Both the position numbers and the translations under genes were made by a program. Positions 1-9,752 of a stretch of 64,000 bases of DNA are shown here, piece after piece (the first letter of the stretch is position 1; the number at the start of each line of letters is the position of its first letter). The notes below the pieces were generated by a model. The model searched no databases. It saw only the letters and a program-made list of their open reading frames with translations, and had not been told where the DNA came from. Source of the DNA: Myxococcota bacterium (GTDB lineage Bacteria > Myxococcota_A > SURF-8); the NCBI GenBank assembly GCA_965140415.1, contig OZ223209.1, positions 4,224,001-4,288,000 of the forward strand, in the 5' to 3' direction.

Positions 1-948
1 GAAGCACACGAGGTTGCCTGCTTTCAGGCGACCGCCGCGCACCGCCGTATCCAGCGCCATGGGAATCGAAGCCGATGCCGTGTTACCTGTTTTTTCGATG
101 GTTAACACCACTTTGTCCAGCGGCAAATCCAAGGCTTTTGCACCGGACTCGATAATGCGCAGATTCGATTGATGCGGGATCAACAAATCCAGATTCTCCG
201 GCACCAACTGCTCCTGAGCCAAAGCGCGCTCGACGCCCACGGCAAAGACCTGTTTCCCATAACTGGCCACCGCCGCACCATCCATCACCAATGCGGGCGT
301 TCGCTTGGTTTCCTCTTCACTTTCATTCTGTTCGGAGGCAGGAACGTAGAGTGTTTTAAAACTCTCTCCCTGCGAACCGGCCACAGCAGAGAGCATTCCC
401 CGATTGGGATCGTCGCAGGCGGAAACGACTGCCGCCCCGGCGCCATCGCCGAATAATACCGTTGTTCCCTTGTTGCTGGGGTCCACCAGTTGGCTGCCCT
501 TGTCCGAACCGATCACCAGGATATGTTCGTAGCGCCCAGCCATGATGTAATAGCTGGCCGCCTCCAGCGCTTCTACGAAGCCGGTGCAATCCTTGCCAAA
601 GTCGTAAGCCGGAACGCTGTGCAGTCCGATCTTGTGCGCGACCAATGGGCAAAGCTTGGGAATGGTGACATCCGGTGTGGACGTAGCCAGAATCACCAAG
701 TCAATCTCGTCCGGATGAATCCCCGCCGCTTCGATGGCGGATTTTCCGGCCCTGGCAGCCATGTCGCTCACGCTTTCGCGTTCGGCGTATCGACGCTCTA
801 AGATGCCGGTTTTGGAAAGAATCTCATCCGAAGTTACGGAATACACTTCGCCTCTTCGATTGGTGAAAGTGCGTGTCTCCAGTTCCTTATTGGTCAACCG
901 CTTTTCCGGCAGATAACTGCCGGTTCCGGTGATAATGGCAGTAGGCAT
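1..948 (-). CDS. fabH: 3-oxoacyl-ACP synthase III (FabH family), 3' end runs off the window
   Basis: Absent from the ORF track because its stop lies outside the window. Manual translation from ATG at 948 gives MPTAIITGTGSYLPEKRLTNKELE, catalytic Cys in YDFGKDCTGF, then LIPHQSNLRII and TGNTASASIP (Cys-His-Asn triad motifs). GAGG RBS upstream. Confidence 0.9.
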   Translation of the reverse strand, partial: MPTAIITGTGSYLPEKRLTNKELETRTFTNRRGEVYSVTSDEILSKTGILERRYAERESVSDMAARAGKSAIEAAGIHPDEIDLVILATSTPDVTIPKLCPLVAHKIGLHSVPAYDFGKDCTGFVEALEAASYYIMAGRYEHILVIGSDKGSQLVDPSNKGTTVLFGDGAGAAVVSACDDPNRGMLSAVAGSQGESFKTLYVPASEQNESEEETKRTPALVMDGAAVASYGKQVFAVGVERALAQEQLVPENLDLLIPHQSNLRIIESGAKALDLPLDKVVLTIEKTGNTASASIPMALDTAVRGGRLKAGNLVCF

Positions 949-1034
949 ACGAAAAGCCTCCAACGTAAACAGCATTGATAGCAACAAGAACAAGAAAGGA
1001 ACGACGAGCTGTCAGAATCAGCCCTGAGATCTAG

Positions 1035-1063
1035 AAATTAGCAAAGCCGCGTGAAACTGTCAA
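1035..1063 (-). promoter_or_regulatory. sigma-70-like promoter for fabH
   Basis: Minus strand TTGACA-N17-TAATTT, about 90 bp upstream of the fabH start. Confidence 0.5.
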
Positions 1064-1241
1064 TCATCTGCACACTAGAATACGTAGTATTGCAAAAATA
1101 AGCACAATTCCAGGTGTAACCATCAATCGGTTTTCTCAGAGGAAGAATCTGTGCTCTCATCTTGCGAAATCGCCTGCTTGCTCGTACAATGGCTTCGCTG
1201 AAATGACAGATCGGTTTTCAGGTCACTTAAGGAGGTAAAAA

Positions 1242-2351
1242 ATGGACGAACGGACAAAACGATTGGCAAAAAACCTGGTGCAGTATTCCATGGCGGTCAA
1301 ACCCGGTGAAAAAGTGCTGATCGAAGCGATTGGAGAGAATACCTTCCCGCTGGTGGAAGCACTTATCGAGGAAGTCTATCAGGCGAAAGGCATTCCGTTT
1401 TACCTGTTGCATCAGGATCTGATCAAGCGCGCACAGCTACAAGGCGCAAGCAAAGAACAATTCGAAATGGAAGCGGCCTGGCAGAAGGCGCGCATGGAAC
1501 AGATGGACTGCTACGTCGGAGTGCGGGGAAGCAACAACGTACTGGAACTCTCCGATGTTCCAAGTGAGAAATTGCAAATCAGCTCATCGACGGTCACCAA
1601 GAACGTCCATATGGAAATTCGCGTTCCCAATACGCGCTGGGTCGTGCTGCGCTACCCGAATCCGACCTTCGCTCAAGCCGCCAAAATGTCCACCCGGCAA
1701 TTCGAGGACTTCTTCTATAAAGCCTGTCTGCTGGACTATTCCGAAATGTCCAAAGCCATGGACCCGCTGGTCGACTTGATGAACCGCACGGATAAGGTCC
1801 AGATCAAAGGCCCGGGAACGGATTTGACGTTCTCCATCAAGGATATCCCCGCCATTAAATGCGATGGCAAGTTGAACATCCCGGACGGCGAAGTGTTCGC
1901 GGCACCGGTTAAGGATTCCATCAACGGAACGATCCACTACAACACGCCCACGCTGTACGAAGGCAACCTCTTCGACGGCATCCACTTCACGTTCGAAAAC
2001 GGCAAGATCGTCAAAGCAGGCTGCGATGTCGGAGACGAGAAGAAGCTGAACAACATTCTGGATCGCGATGAAGGCGCACGTTACGTGGGTGAATTCGCCA
2101 TCGGCGTCAATCCACACGTCGATCGTCCGATGCTGGACATTCTATTCGACGAGAAAATCTCCGGTTCCTTCCATCTGACTCCCGGCGGCTGCTATGATGA
2201 AGCCGACAACGGAAACAAATCCGAAGTACACTGGGATCTGGTCATGCGCCAGTTCGCCGAGCAAGGCGGCGGAGAAATCTGGTTCGACGACGTATTGATC
2301 CGCAAGGACGGACTGTTCGTGGTAGAGGAATTGAAAGCGCTGAATCCGTAG
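1242..2351 (+). CDS. Aminopeptidase, M29 family (AmpS/aminopeptidase T-like)
   Basis: Motifs NIPDGEVF, GEFAIGVN, LFDEKISGSFH and SEVHWDLV; strong AAGGAGG RBS. Confidence 0.9.
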   Translation: MDERTKRLAKNLVQYSMAVKPGEKVLIEAIGENTFPLVEALIEEVYQAKGIPFYLLHQDLIKRAQLQGASKEQFEMEAAWQKARMEQMDCYVGVRGSNNVLELSDVPSEKLQISSSTVTKNVHMEIRVPNTRWVVLRYPNPTFAQAAKMSTRQFEDFFYKACLLDYSEMSKAMDPLVDLMNRTDKVQIKGPGTDLTFSIKDIPAIKCDGKLNIPDGEVFAAPVKDSINGTIHYNTPTLYEGNLFDGIHFTFENGKIVKAGCDVGDEKKLNNILDRDEGARYVGEFAIGVNPHVDRPMLDILFDEKISGSFHLTPGGCYDEADNGNKSEVHWDLVMRQFAEQGGGEIWFDDVLIRKDGLFVVEELKALNP

Positions 2352-2358
2352 CTCTATC

Positions 2359-2390
2359 GTATCCGCCTGTCAAGTTGGCGGGCGGATACG
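2359..2390. terminator. Stem-loop after the aminopeptidase
   Basis: GTATCCGCCTGTCAA pairs with TTGGCGGGCGGATAC (G-U pairs allowed); weak U tract. Confidence 0.45.
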
Positions 2391-2468
2391 TTGATTATTC
2401 CACCGACTGCATAACCTCTGATTATCATCGGTGAAGCAGCAGAACAATGAGCGGCTGAAAGGGAAACG

Positions 2469-3659
2469 ATGAGCAAGGAAATCGTGCTGCGGCTGGCCAA
2501 GGAAAAATGGATCACCCGCTGGCAGATTGAAAATGCGCTGGAACGTCAGTTGATTTATCAGGGCAGCCTGGTAGACAACCTGATCCGCCTGGGCTACCTG
2601 GATCAGGAGCGTATGCTGCATTACTTCAGCACGACCTTTGACTTACCGACCATCAATCCGGAACTGCTGCGCTCTATCCCCAGTCACGTGCTCGAAATGC
2701 TGCCTCGCGATCTGGTCACGTCCTATCGTGTCCTGCCTGTGGGAGTGAAAAACAATCACCTGATCATTGCAACCTTTTCACCATTGAGTAAGCAAGATCA
2801 CGACGATCTCGTCTTCTTTACCGGCATGGACCTGAAAGTTACCTTGACCAGCGAAAACCTGCTGGTGGATACCATTCGATATTATTACGGAATCCTTCTG
2901 CCTTCCATCATTCTGGACAATATCGGGCTGGGCGACAAGCTCTTCGTTCCAGAAGAAGCTCCCGATCTCGAAGAACTTATCGACATGGCGGGAGAATCGC
3001 CAGAACCGGAAAAAGTCGATCTGCTTGCCACTCCCGTACCGGAGGCGATACATACCACGCCCCAAGAAGAACTCTCTCCTCCTCCCTCCTCCGATCAGGA
3101 TGCCGCATCCGCAGAACGAAACATCCTCAATCAAACCAATCCGAAAATGCAGGAGGATGTTCAGGAAGAAACCATTGAAATCGACGAGTTGGAAGATCTT
3201 CTGGACGCCGCCGATACACGGGACGAAATCATTATGGGAGCCTGCGGCTGGCTGAGAAGTTACTATTCCGTAACACTTTTTCTGACCATCAAGAAATCCT
3301 CGATTGGCGGCTATTACGGCGAAGGCTCTCCAGAAGTAAAGGAAAATGTTAAAGATCTGGAATTGTCATTAAATCTGGATTCGGCGCTAAAAACAGCGGT
3401 CGATGACAACGAAGTGCAGTGCGCCACGTTTGATGAAGATACCAGCGTGGATCATATCGTTAAATTCTGCGGGATGACTCCCCCGGAAGAAGCGTTGATT
3501 CTGCCGATCTTTCTAAAATCGAAAGCTATCGGCTTGGTAGTCGCACTGAAACCCAATGACGACACCCCTACAGTGAATGCCGAAGTGGGAGAACAAATCC
3601 GCCAGGCAATCTCCGCAGCGTTTGAAACCCTGATTCTTTCCAAGAAAATCGGAATTTAA
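2469..3659 (+). CDS. MshEN/T2SSE_N-like N-terminal domain, acidic linker and C-terminal GAF-like domain
   Basis: N-terminus WITRWQIENALERQ...LIRLGYLDQERML and ...YRVLPV...LIIATFSPL resemble the GspE/PilB N-domain. No ATPase Walker motifs. C-terminal LILPIFLKSKAIGLV is a GAF-like strand pair. Confidence 0.6.
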   Translation: MSKEIVLRLAKEKWITRWQIENALERQLIYQGSLVDNLIRLGYLDQERMLHYFSTTFDLPTINPELLRSIPSHVLEMLPRDLVTSYRVLPVGVKNNHLIIATFSPLSKQDHDDLVFFTGMDLKVTLTSENLLVDTIRYYYGILLPSIILDNIGLGDKLFVPEEAPDLEELIDMAGESPEPEKVDLLATPVPEAIHTTPQEELSPPPSSDQDAASAERNILNQTNPKMQEDVQEETIEIDELEDLLDAADTRDEIIMGACGWLRSYYSVTLFLTIKKSSIGGYYGEGSPEVKENVKDLELSLNLDSALKTAVDDNEVQCATFDEDTSVDHIVKFCGMTPPEEALILPIFLKSKAIGLVVALKPNDDTPTVNAEVGEQIRQAISAAFETLILSKKIGI

Positions 3660-3786
3660 CAAGATATCCGTATCGTCAGAATATCAGTGAATATTTCGGA
3701 AGAATTCATCATCCTGCCTTGATTTCCAGAAATTCACTCTTATAGTAATGTCAACAGAGAGTACATCTTTCAAGGAGCACAGACAC

Positions 3787-3990
3787 ATGCCTATTTATGA
3801 ATATCGTTGCAAATCCTGCGGTCATGTTTTCGAAGAACTGATCCTGCGCGCAGCGGATGTAACCGATTTGAAATGCCAGTCCTGCGGATCGACCGAGGTT
3901 GAACGAGTAACCAGCAGCTTTGCGACCAATACAAGCGGACCAAGCAAATCCACTTCCATTCCTTCCGCCCCGGCTTGCAGCGGCAGTTGA
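3787..3990 (+). CDS. FmdB-family zinc-ribbon protein; probably a selenoprotein extending to TAG at 4005
   Basis: AAGGAG RBS, then MPIYEYRCKSCG...CQSCGS (two CxxC). Ends ...PACSGS-TGA followed by a SECIS-like hairpin. Confidence 0.85.
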   Translation: MPIYEYRCKSCGHVFEELILRAADVTDLKCQSCGSTEVERVTSSFATNTSGPSKSTSIPSAPACSGS

Positions 3991-4020
3991 AAGCCGCGCT
4001 TTTAGACGGCGGTCGCCGTC
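3988..4020 (+). promoter_or_regulatory. Putative bacterial SECIS element
   Basis: TGA (3988-3990), 14 nt, then a perfect stem GACGGC/GCCGTC (4005-4010/4015-4020) closing a GGTC loop 20 nt after the TGA. Confidence 0.7.
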
Positions 4021-4076
4021 CGAGATTCAAGCACACGTTGAATTGAAGTTTTTATCAGGGGAAAACCTAACACGCC

Positions 4077-4113
4077 CGGCGGCGGAAAAGGGAGACTCCC
4101 CTTTCCGCCGCCG
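4077..4113. terminator. GC-rich hairpin between convergent genes
   Basis: CGGCGGCGGAAAAGG...CCCTTTCCGCCGCCG inverted repeat at the end of the acyl-CoA cluster. Confidence 0.6.
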
Positions 4114-4127
4114 ATTGATGTATTTTG

Positions 4128-4706
4128 CTAGAAGGAGAAGCCTTCCGGCAGATCAGCTTGCGCCGTACCTTCCGGCACCCATGCCAGATCGGTAATGGTA
4201 TAAGTCGGATTCGCTTTACGGAAGATCGGGAGCACACGCATTCCGATTGAAGGTTTACCTTTAAGCAGATAGCTCATCAGAATGGTGGAAACACCCTCGA
4301 ATTCGATATTGATAAAGTGAATGGGCTTGTCCAGCGTATTGAACGCTCCGCTTCGTTCGCAGATCATGAACGTATGCACCTTGGCGGTTTCGCGGGCCAC
4401 ACTGGTAAGATCCACGATTTCCGTTTTTTCCAGGCAATCCGGGCAATGAACACGGAACGGGATGAAAATAGACTGGTAGCCGTCCGTGCAATCAGGATTC
4501 ACACAGCGAGTAGCCAGCAGTTTGCCTTCGGCCAACGCGCTGAAAAACGGTGCTTCTCCGCCATAAGAGTGAATGTGGGTGATATTGCGCGGATTGGTTA
4601 CACCACACAACTTGCCTTCTTCATTATTTATCGGCGTATTCGGTTCAGGAACATGGAATTTGCCGTTGATTTTGTATGCTCCATTTTGGACTTTTGCGGT
4701 TCCCAT
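4128..4706 (-). CDS. Zn-ribbon/OB-fold (DUF35-type) thiolase partner protein
   Basis: FFSALAEGKLLATRCxxxxC...PFRVHCPDC rubredoxin-like ribbon plus OB-fold; lies directly downstream of a thiolase-fold gene. Confidence 0.8.
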   Translation of the reverse strand: MGTAKVQNGAYKINGKFHVPEPNTPINNEEGKLCGVTNPRNITHIHSYGGEAPFFSALAEGKLLATRCVNPDCTDGYQSIFIPFRVHCPDCLEKTEIVDLTSVARETAKVHTFMICERSGAFNTLDKPIHFINIEFEGVSTILMSYLLKGKPSIGMRVLPIFRKANPTYTITDLAWVPEGTAQADLPEGFSF

Positions 4707-4717
4707 TTATCACCTCC

Positions 4718-6136
4718 TTATTTATCCAACCGATTTTCCGGTTTGGACAGAATCGTCGCGGTTACATGACTACCAACGCCAGCGTGACTGATCGCCAGCG
4801 CCCGCTTGGCTCCCTTGACCTGTAGATCCTGCCAATCTCCCGGCTTTTCTTTACCATATCGCGCCCATCGGGCTTCATCACCATGAATTTCCGCCCAGCG
4901 GTTATGAATATGGTACATGAGTTCATTGACCTGCATGATACCGGTTGCACCCACAGAATGCATACAACCCAACAGACCGCCGCTAAGGTTGGCAGGTAGC
5001 TTTCCAGGCTGGCCGGTTTTCGGATTGGTGTGGTAGCAGTCGCCGCTTTCAACGTATTTGCGTCCCTGGCCATAGGGGCGAATACCGATATCTTCATAGG
5101 TCTGAATGTCGCTGATGGTGAAAGCGTCGTGCAGTTCCACCAGATCCAGATCCTCGTTGGGATCTTTGATACCCGCCATGCGATAACCGTAATACGCTGC
5201 CATGCGAGCAGCCAAAAAGCCCGTAAATCCGGGGTAACGCTCTCCGCCTGGGAATTCTTTTTCCAGGTTTGCGTATTGATCCGCACTTTCGTTGGGTAAC
5301 AGTGGAATCTCCATGGCCCGCCGATCCGCCGGTCTCAAAGTATGGGAACCTGCGGCGACGTAGATCAATAGAGGATTGTCGGTCAGTTTGTACGCGGTCT
5401 CTTTGTCGCAGAGAATCGAACAGGCCGCACCGACACTCATCAGGCAGGCATCCAAGGCGCGCAAGGGATAAGCGACGACCGGCGAATTCAGAACATCCTC
5501 CACCGTGATGCGCATGGGAGCCTGGGCGAAGGGATTATGTACCGCATAACCATGATTCTTTACGGAAATCTCCGCCATGGTCCTGCGGAAACTGTCTTCC
5601 TCTTTACCAAACACCTGCCAGTATTTCTGCGCCATAACCGCATAATAACCGGTGTAAATGTGCCCCAGCGGAGTTTCCCAGTCCTTGTCCGCTGCGCAGG
5701 AAATGTAGTTATTGCCTTCATCGGTGGGAACCTCGTCCATTCGCTCCCAACCCATCGCCAGCACGCAGTCGGAATAACCGCTGGCAACGGCTTTAGCCGC
5801 TTCCCATAACGTCGAACCGCCCGTTGCACCACCGGTCTTGACGCCAACGTTACCCAACGGATCCAGACCCAAACGGTCATGAATTACCGACTCACCCAGC
5901 AATTGATCGCCGAAGTGATCCGCGAAATGCCCGTAGTAGCAGGAATGAATGTACTTCTTCAGGTTCTGTGCACTCATGTTGATGTATGAGGCGGCTTCCT
6001 GTAACGCCTCGATGCACAGTTCCTCCGTTTTACGCTCCGGGAAAGCACGACGGAATTCGCTCATCCCGCCGGTCACCATGTATACGTCCCGGGAAAATTT
6101 AGGTGTCTTTAACTGTTGCTCACTGAAAGTAATCAT
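4718..6136 (-). CDS. SCP2-type thiolase-superfamily protein lacking the N-terminal nucleophile Cys
   Basis: HDAF motif and NLSGGLLGCMHSVGATG present. The usual ENACAxG position reads VKTGGATGG. Confidence 0.85.
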   Translation of the reverse strand: MITFSEQQLKTPKFSRDVYMVTGGMSEFRRAFPERKTEELCIEALQEAASYINMSAQNLKKYIHSCYYGHFADHFGDQLLGESVIHDRLGLDPLGNVGVKTGGATGGSTLWEAAKAVASGYSDCVLAMGWERMDEVPTDEGNNYISCAADKDWETPLGHIYTGYYAVMAQKYWQVFGKEEDSFRRTMAEISVKNHGYAVHNPFAQAPMRITVEDVLNSPVVAYPLRALDACLMSVGAACSILCDKETAYKLTDNPLLIYVAAGSHTLRPADRRAMEIPLLPNESADQYANLEKEFPGGERYPGFTGFLAARMAAYYGYRMAGIKDPNEDLDLVELHDAFTISDIQTYEDIGIRPYGQGRKYVESGDCYHTNPKTGQPGKLPANLSGGLLGCMHSVGATGIMQVNELMYHIHNRWAEIHGDEARWARYGKEKPGDWQDLQVKGAKRALAISHAGVGSHVTATILSKPENRLDK

Positions 6137-6235
6137 GTGTCAGTCCCCTCCTATTTCAGGTTTGTGACGATTGGGCCAATCCCAAGTATCCATCCTCTGG
6201 TTGATTGAAAATGCTTTTTCACGACAAGCAATCGC

Positions 6236-7393
6236 TCAGGCAAACTGCGAAAGCACATCGCGGGCGATCACGATGCGCTGTACTTCGCTGGTACCTTCGC
6301 CGATTTCCAATAATTTCTGATCCCGATAGAAACGTTCCGCCGGATATTCCTCCATCAGACCGTAACCGCCGTGCAACTGCACGCAGTGGTTCGCACATTC
6401 ATGTGCCACTTCCGAGCAGTACAGTTTGGCCATGGCGGAGACGGAACCAAGTGGTTTGTGGTTGTCTTTTAGCCAGCAGGCCTTGTAAAGCAGGTTGCGA
6501 GCCGCTTCGATGTGCATTGCCATATCTGCAAGCTTGAACTGGCTGATCTGGAACGTGGCGATAGAGCGTCCGAACTGTTTGCGCTCGACCGCATACCGCG
6601 CCGCCACTTCATAGGCGCCCTGAGCCAGTCCCAAGCCCATCGCTCCGATGCTCAACCGTCCTAAATCCAGGGTAGACAGCATCTGGTGGAAGCCGTCACC
6701 GCGTTTTCCAAGCAGATTTTCTTCCGGTACACGGACATCTTCGAAGAACAATTCCCCGGTATTGCTGGCGCGCCACATCATTTTCTTGTGCATTTCCTTG
6801 GCGGTATAACCGGGTGTGCCGTTTTCGACGAGAATGCAGCTGTATTCTTTGCGACCATCATCCCGTTTTCCGGTGATACACTGCACGGTCGATCCCCAAC
6901 TCATGGGGCAACTGGAATTGGTGATAAAGATCTTCGATCCGTTGATGATCCACTGGCCATTTTCCAGCAGCGCCTTGGTGCGACTGCCACCGGCGTCGCT
7001 GCCTGCATCCGGCTCGGTCAGGCCAAAGCCCCACAGCCGTTTACCGGTGCACAATTCGGGCAGATACTTTTTCTTTTGCTCTTCGCTACCGAAATAGTAA
7101 AGCGGGCCGATGCCTAACGAGTTTCCCGCTGCAACGGTGGCGGCCTGTGAGCCATCAATCCGCGCGATCTCCTCCACGGCGATGATGTAGCTCAGATAGT
7201 CCATGCCCTGTCCGCCATAGTCGGGATCGACTACGCAGCCGAACATGCCCATGTCCCCCATCTTGCGGGTCAGCTCTACGGAAAAAGTTTCGTTGCGGGA
7301 GAGTTCCTCTGCTACCGGTTTGATTTCCTTCTCGGCGAAATCGCGCACGGACTTGCGTAGAATCTCCTGTTCAGATGAGAAATTGAAATCCAT
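6236..7393 (-). CDS. Acyl-CoA dehydrogenase
   Basis: FGLTEPDAGSDA, NGSKIFITN, RKQFGR, QLHGGYG and EIGEGTSEVQR. Confidence 0.95.
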   Translation of the reverse strand: MDFNFSSEQEILRKSVRDFAEKEIKPVAEELSRNETFSVELTRKMGDMGMFGCVVDPDYGGQGMDYLSYIIAVEEIARIDGSQAATVAAGNSLGIGPLYYFGSEEQKKKYLPELCTGKRLWGFGLTEPDAGSDAGGSRTKALLENGQWIINGSKIFITNSSCPMSWGSTVQCITGKRDDGRKEYSCILVENGTPGYTAKEMHKKMMWRASNTGELFFEDVRVPEENLLGKRGDGFHQMLSTLDLGRLSIGAMGLGLAQGAYEVAARYAVERKQFGRSIATFQISQFKLADMAMHIEAARNLLYKACWLKDNHKPLGSVSAMAKLYCSEVAHECANHCVQLHGGYGLMEEYPAERFYRDQKLLEIGEGTSEVQRIVIARDVLSQFA

Positions 7394-7615
7394 CGTCTTC
7401 CTCTCCGATACGGGTTTCGAAACACACGTGGGAAACGGCTACCCGGATCATAAAAGACCCTGCAATCCGTATCCCTGCTTCTCTAAGCCAGTTGCGTGTC
7501 TACTCGTGTCGAACGTGGAAAACGATGTTTTCAACCTGTGCGAGTGGGAATCTCAACAACACGCTTATAAGTTTCATTCGGTCAATACCGACCGATGATC
7601 TCATACAACGTCAGT

Positions 7616-8032
7616 CTATACGTTCTTGCTTTTCTCCCCTACCGTCTGGTGAATGAACTGGACGATGTCCGCCGTGTCCGTTCCCGGCGGAAATAGCGCT
7701 GCTACGCCCATTTCCTTCAATTTCGTAACATCCTGGTCGGGGATGATGCCTCCACCGAAAACGATAATGTCCTCGGCTTCCTTTTCCTTCAACAACTTCA
7801 TGATTTGCGGGAAAAGGTACATATGCGCGCCGCTCATAACGGACAACCCAACAAAATCCACATCTTCTTGAACTGCGGCGGCAACGATCATTTCCGGCGT
7901 CTGGTGTAGCCCGGTATAGATCACCTCGAATCCCGCATCGCGCAATGCGCGTGCGACGATTTTAGCGCCCCGATCGTGACCGTCCAGACCCGGTTTTCCT
8001 ACCAATACACGTACTTTCGATGCACTTGCCAT
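7616..8032 (-). CDS. icmB: Acyl-CoA mutase small (cobalamin-binding) subunit, IcmB/MCM C-terminal type
   Basis: GLDGHDRG DxHxxG B12 motif and GLSVMSGAH. Start set at MASASK, behind an AGGAG RBS. Confidence 0.85.
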   Translation of the reverse strand: MASASKVRVLVGKPGLDGHDRGAKIVARALRDAGFEVIYTGLHQTPEMIVAAAVQEDVDFVGLSVMSGAHMYLFPQIMKLLKEKEAEDIIVFGGGIIPDQDVTKLKEMGVAALFPPGTDTADIVQFIHQTVGEKSKNV

Positions 8033-8045
8033 CGGAATTTTCTCC

Positions 8046-9734
8046 TTAGATATAAGCCGGATCGCGGTATTCACCGAATACCGAACGGAACGCATCGCAG
8101 ATTTCCTGTAATGACACGTAATCGCGAACGGCGTTGATGATGTGCGGCATGGTGTTCTCGTCGGTGGCCGCGACTTGCTTCAGCTTTTCGATATGCCGCC
8201 GCACCGTTTCCGGATCGCGTCCCTGCTTGATCGATTGCAAAGCCGCCACCTGCGCACGCTCCGTCTCTTCCTCGATATACAACGTCGGAATGCCGGGGTC
8301 GTCATCCGTATTGTACTTGGTGACACCCACCACTTCCTTTTCGTGCTTTTCGAGCTGTCGCTGGTATTTGAAGGCGGCATCCGCGATTTCCTGCTGCGGA
8401 TAACCACGTTCGATGGCTGCGATGATGCCGCCCATGTCGTCGATCTTGCGGATGTATTCCAGCGCTTCCTGCTCGATCCTGTTGGTCATGGCTTCAACCT
8501 GGTAACTTCCGCCCAATGGATCGATGCTGTTGATCACGCCGGATTCTTCCGCGATGATCTGCTGGGTGCGCAAGGCAATTGTGACCGCCTCTTCGGTAGG
8601 CAGCGCCAGGGTTTCGTCTAGCGAATTGGTATGCAGTGACTGCGTTCCACCCAGTACCGCCGCCAGCGCCTGCAACGTGGTACGTACTACGTTGTTATAC
8701 GGCTGCTGCGCGGTCAGGCTACATCCGGCGGTCTGCGTGTGGAAACGGCACATCCAGCTACGCGGATTCTTCGCGCCGAAACGCTCGCGCATCACGCGCG
8801 CCCAGATTCTGCGCGCCGCACGGAACTTGGCGATCTCTTCGAAGAAATCGCTGTGAGAATTGAAGAAATACGACAGCCGCCCGGCGAAGGAATCCACATC
8901 CATTCCCGCATCGATGCAAGCCTGAACGTAACCGATGCCGTCCGCTAAAGTAAAGGCCAGCTCCTGCGCGGCGGTGCTGCCCGCTTCGCGGATGTGGTAA
9001 CCGGAAATCGAAATGGTGTTCCACAGCGGCACATTTTCGGTGCAGAAAGCGATCATGTCCGTGATCAGCCTTAACGAAGGTTTTGGCGGGAAGATCCAGG
9101 ATTTCTGGGCGATGTATTCTTTTAGAATATCGTTCTGGCTGGTTCCACCCAGTTTATTCCAGGCAATGCCCTGCTTCTCTGCAACGACTAGATACATCGA
9201 CAGCAGAATGGAAGCCGGCGGATTGATCGTCATCGAGGTCGTGATTCGATCCAACGGAATGCCGGAAAACAGAGTTTCCATATCCTGCAAGGTATCGATG
9301 GCTACACCACATTTACCGACTTCTCCCCGGCTGCGGTCGCTATCGGAATCGTAGCCCATCAAGGTGGGATAATGAAATGCCACCGACAAGCCGGTCTGTC
9401 CGTTTTTCAGCAGGTAATGATAGCGCTGGTTGGTGTCTTTTGCCGTACCGAATCCGGCGAACTGGCGCATCGTCCACAAACGCCCGCGATACATCGTCGG
9501 CTGAATGCCGCGCGTGAACGGATACTGACCCGGCATCCCCAGATCTTTTTCGTAATCCAGCTCACCCACATCTGCAGGCGAATACACACGCTGCATCTCC
9601 ACATCCGATAGCGTCGTGAACTTCTCCCGGCGTTCCGGATGCTTTTCCAGCACCTTTGCCAGTTCTTCAAGCGTCCAGCTTTCCTGCTTTGCAATGACAT
9701 CTTGCAAGGCTTTGGAATCGAATAGTTTACTCAT
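8046..9734 (-). CDS. icmA: Acyl-CoA mutase large subunit with isobutyryl-CoA mutase-type specificity residues
   Basis: MCM-family motifs [11 protein letters not shown] and [10 protein letters not shown]. Reads MRQFAGF (Phe) and KEYIAQK (Gln) instead of the Tyr and Arg of MCM. Confidence 0.8.
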   Translation of the reverse strand: MSKLFDSKALQDVIAKQESWTLEELAKVLEKHPERREKFTTLSDVEMQRVYSPADVGELDYEKDLGMPGQYPFTRGIQPTMYRGRLWTMRQFAGFGTAKDTNQRYHYLLKNGQTGLSVAFHYPTLMGYDSDSDRSRGEVGKCGVAIDTLQDMETLFSGIPLDRITTSMTINPPASILLSMYLVVAEKQGIAWNKLGGTSQNDILKEYIAQKSWIFPPKPSLRLITDMIAFCTENVPLWNTISISGYHIREAGSTAAQELAFTLADGIGYVQACIDAGMDVDSFAGRLSYFFNSHSDFFEEIAKFRAARRIWARVMRERFGAKNPRSWMCRFHTQTAGCSLTAQQPYNNVVRTTLQALAAVLGGTQSLHTNSLDETLALPTEEAVTIALRTQQIIAEESGVINSIDPLGGSYQVEAMTNRIEQEALEYIRKIDDMGGIIAAIERGYPQQEIADAAFKYQRQLEKHEKEVVGVTKYNTDDDPGIPTLYIEEETERAQVAALQSIKQGRDPETVRRHIEKLKQVAATDENTMPHIINAVRDYVSLQEICDAFRSVFGEYRDPAYI

Positions 9735-9752
9735 GATGTTTTCCTCATGATT

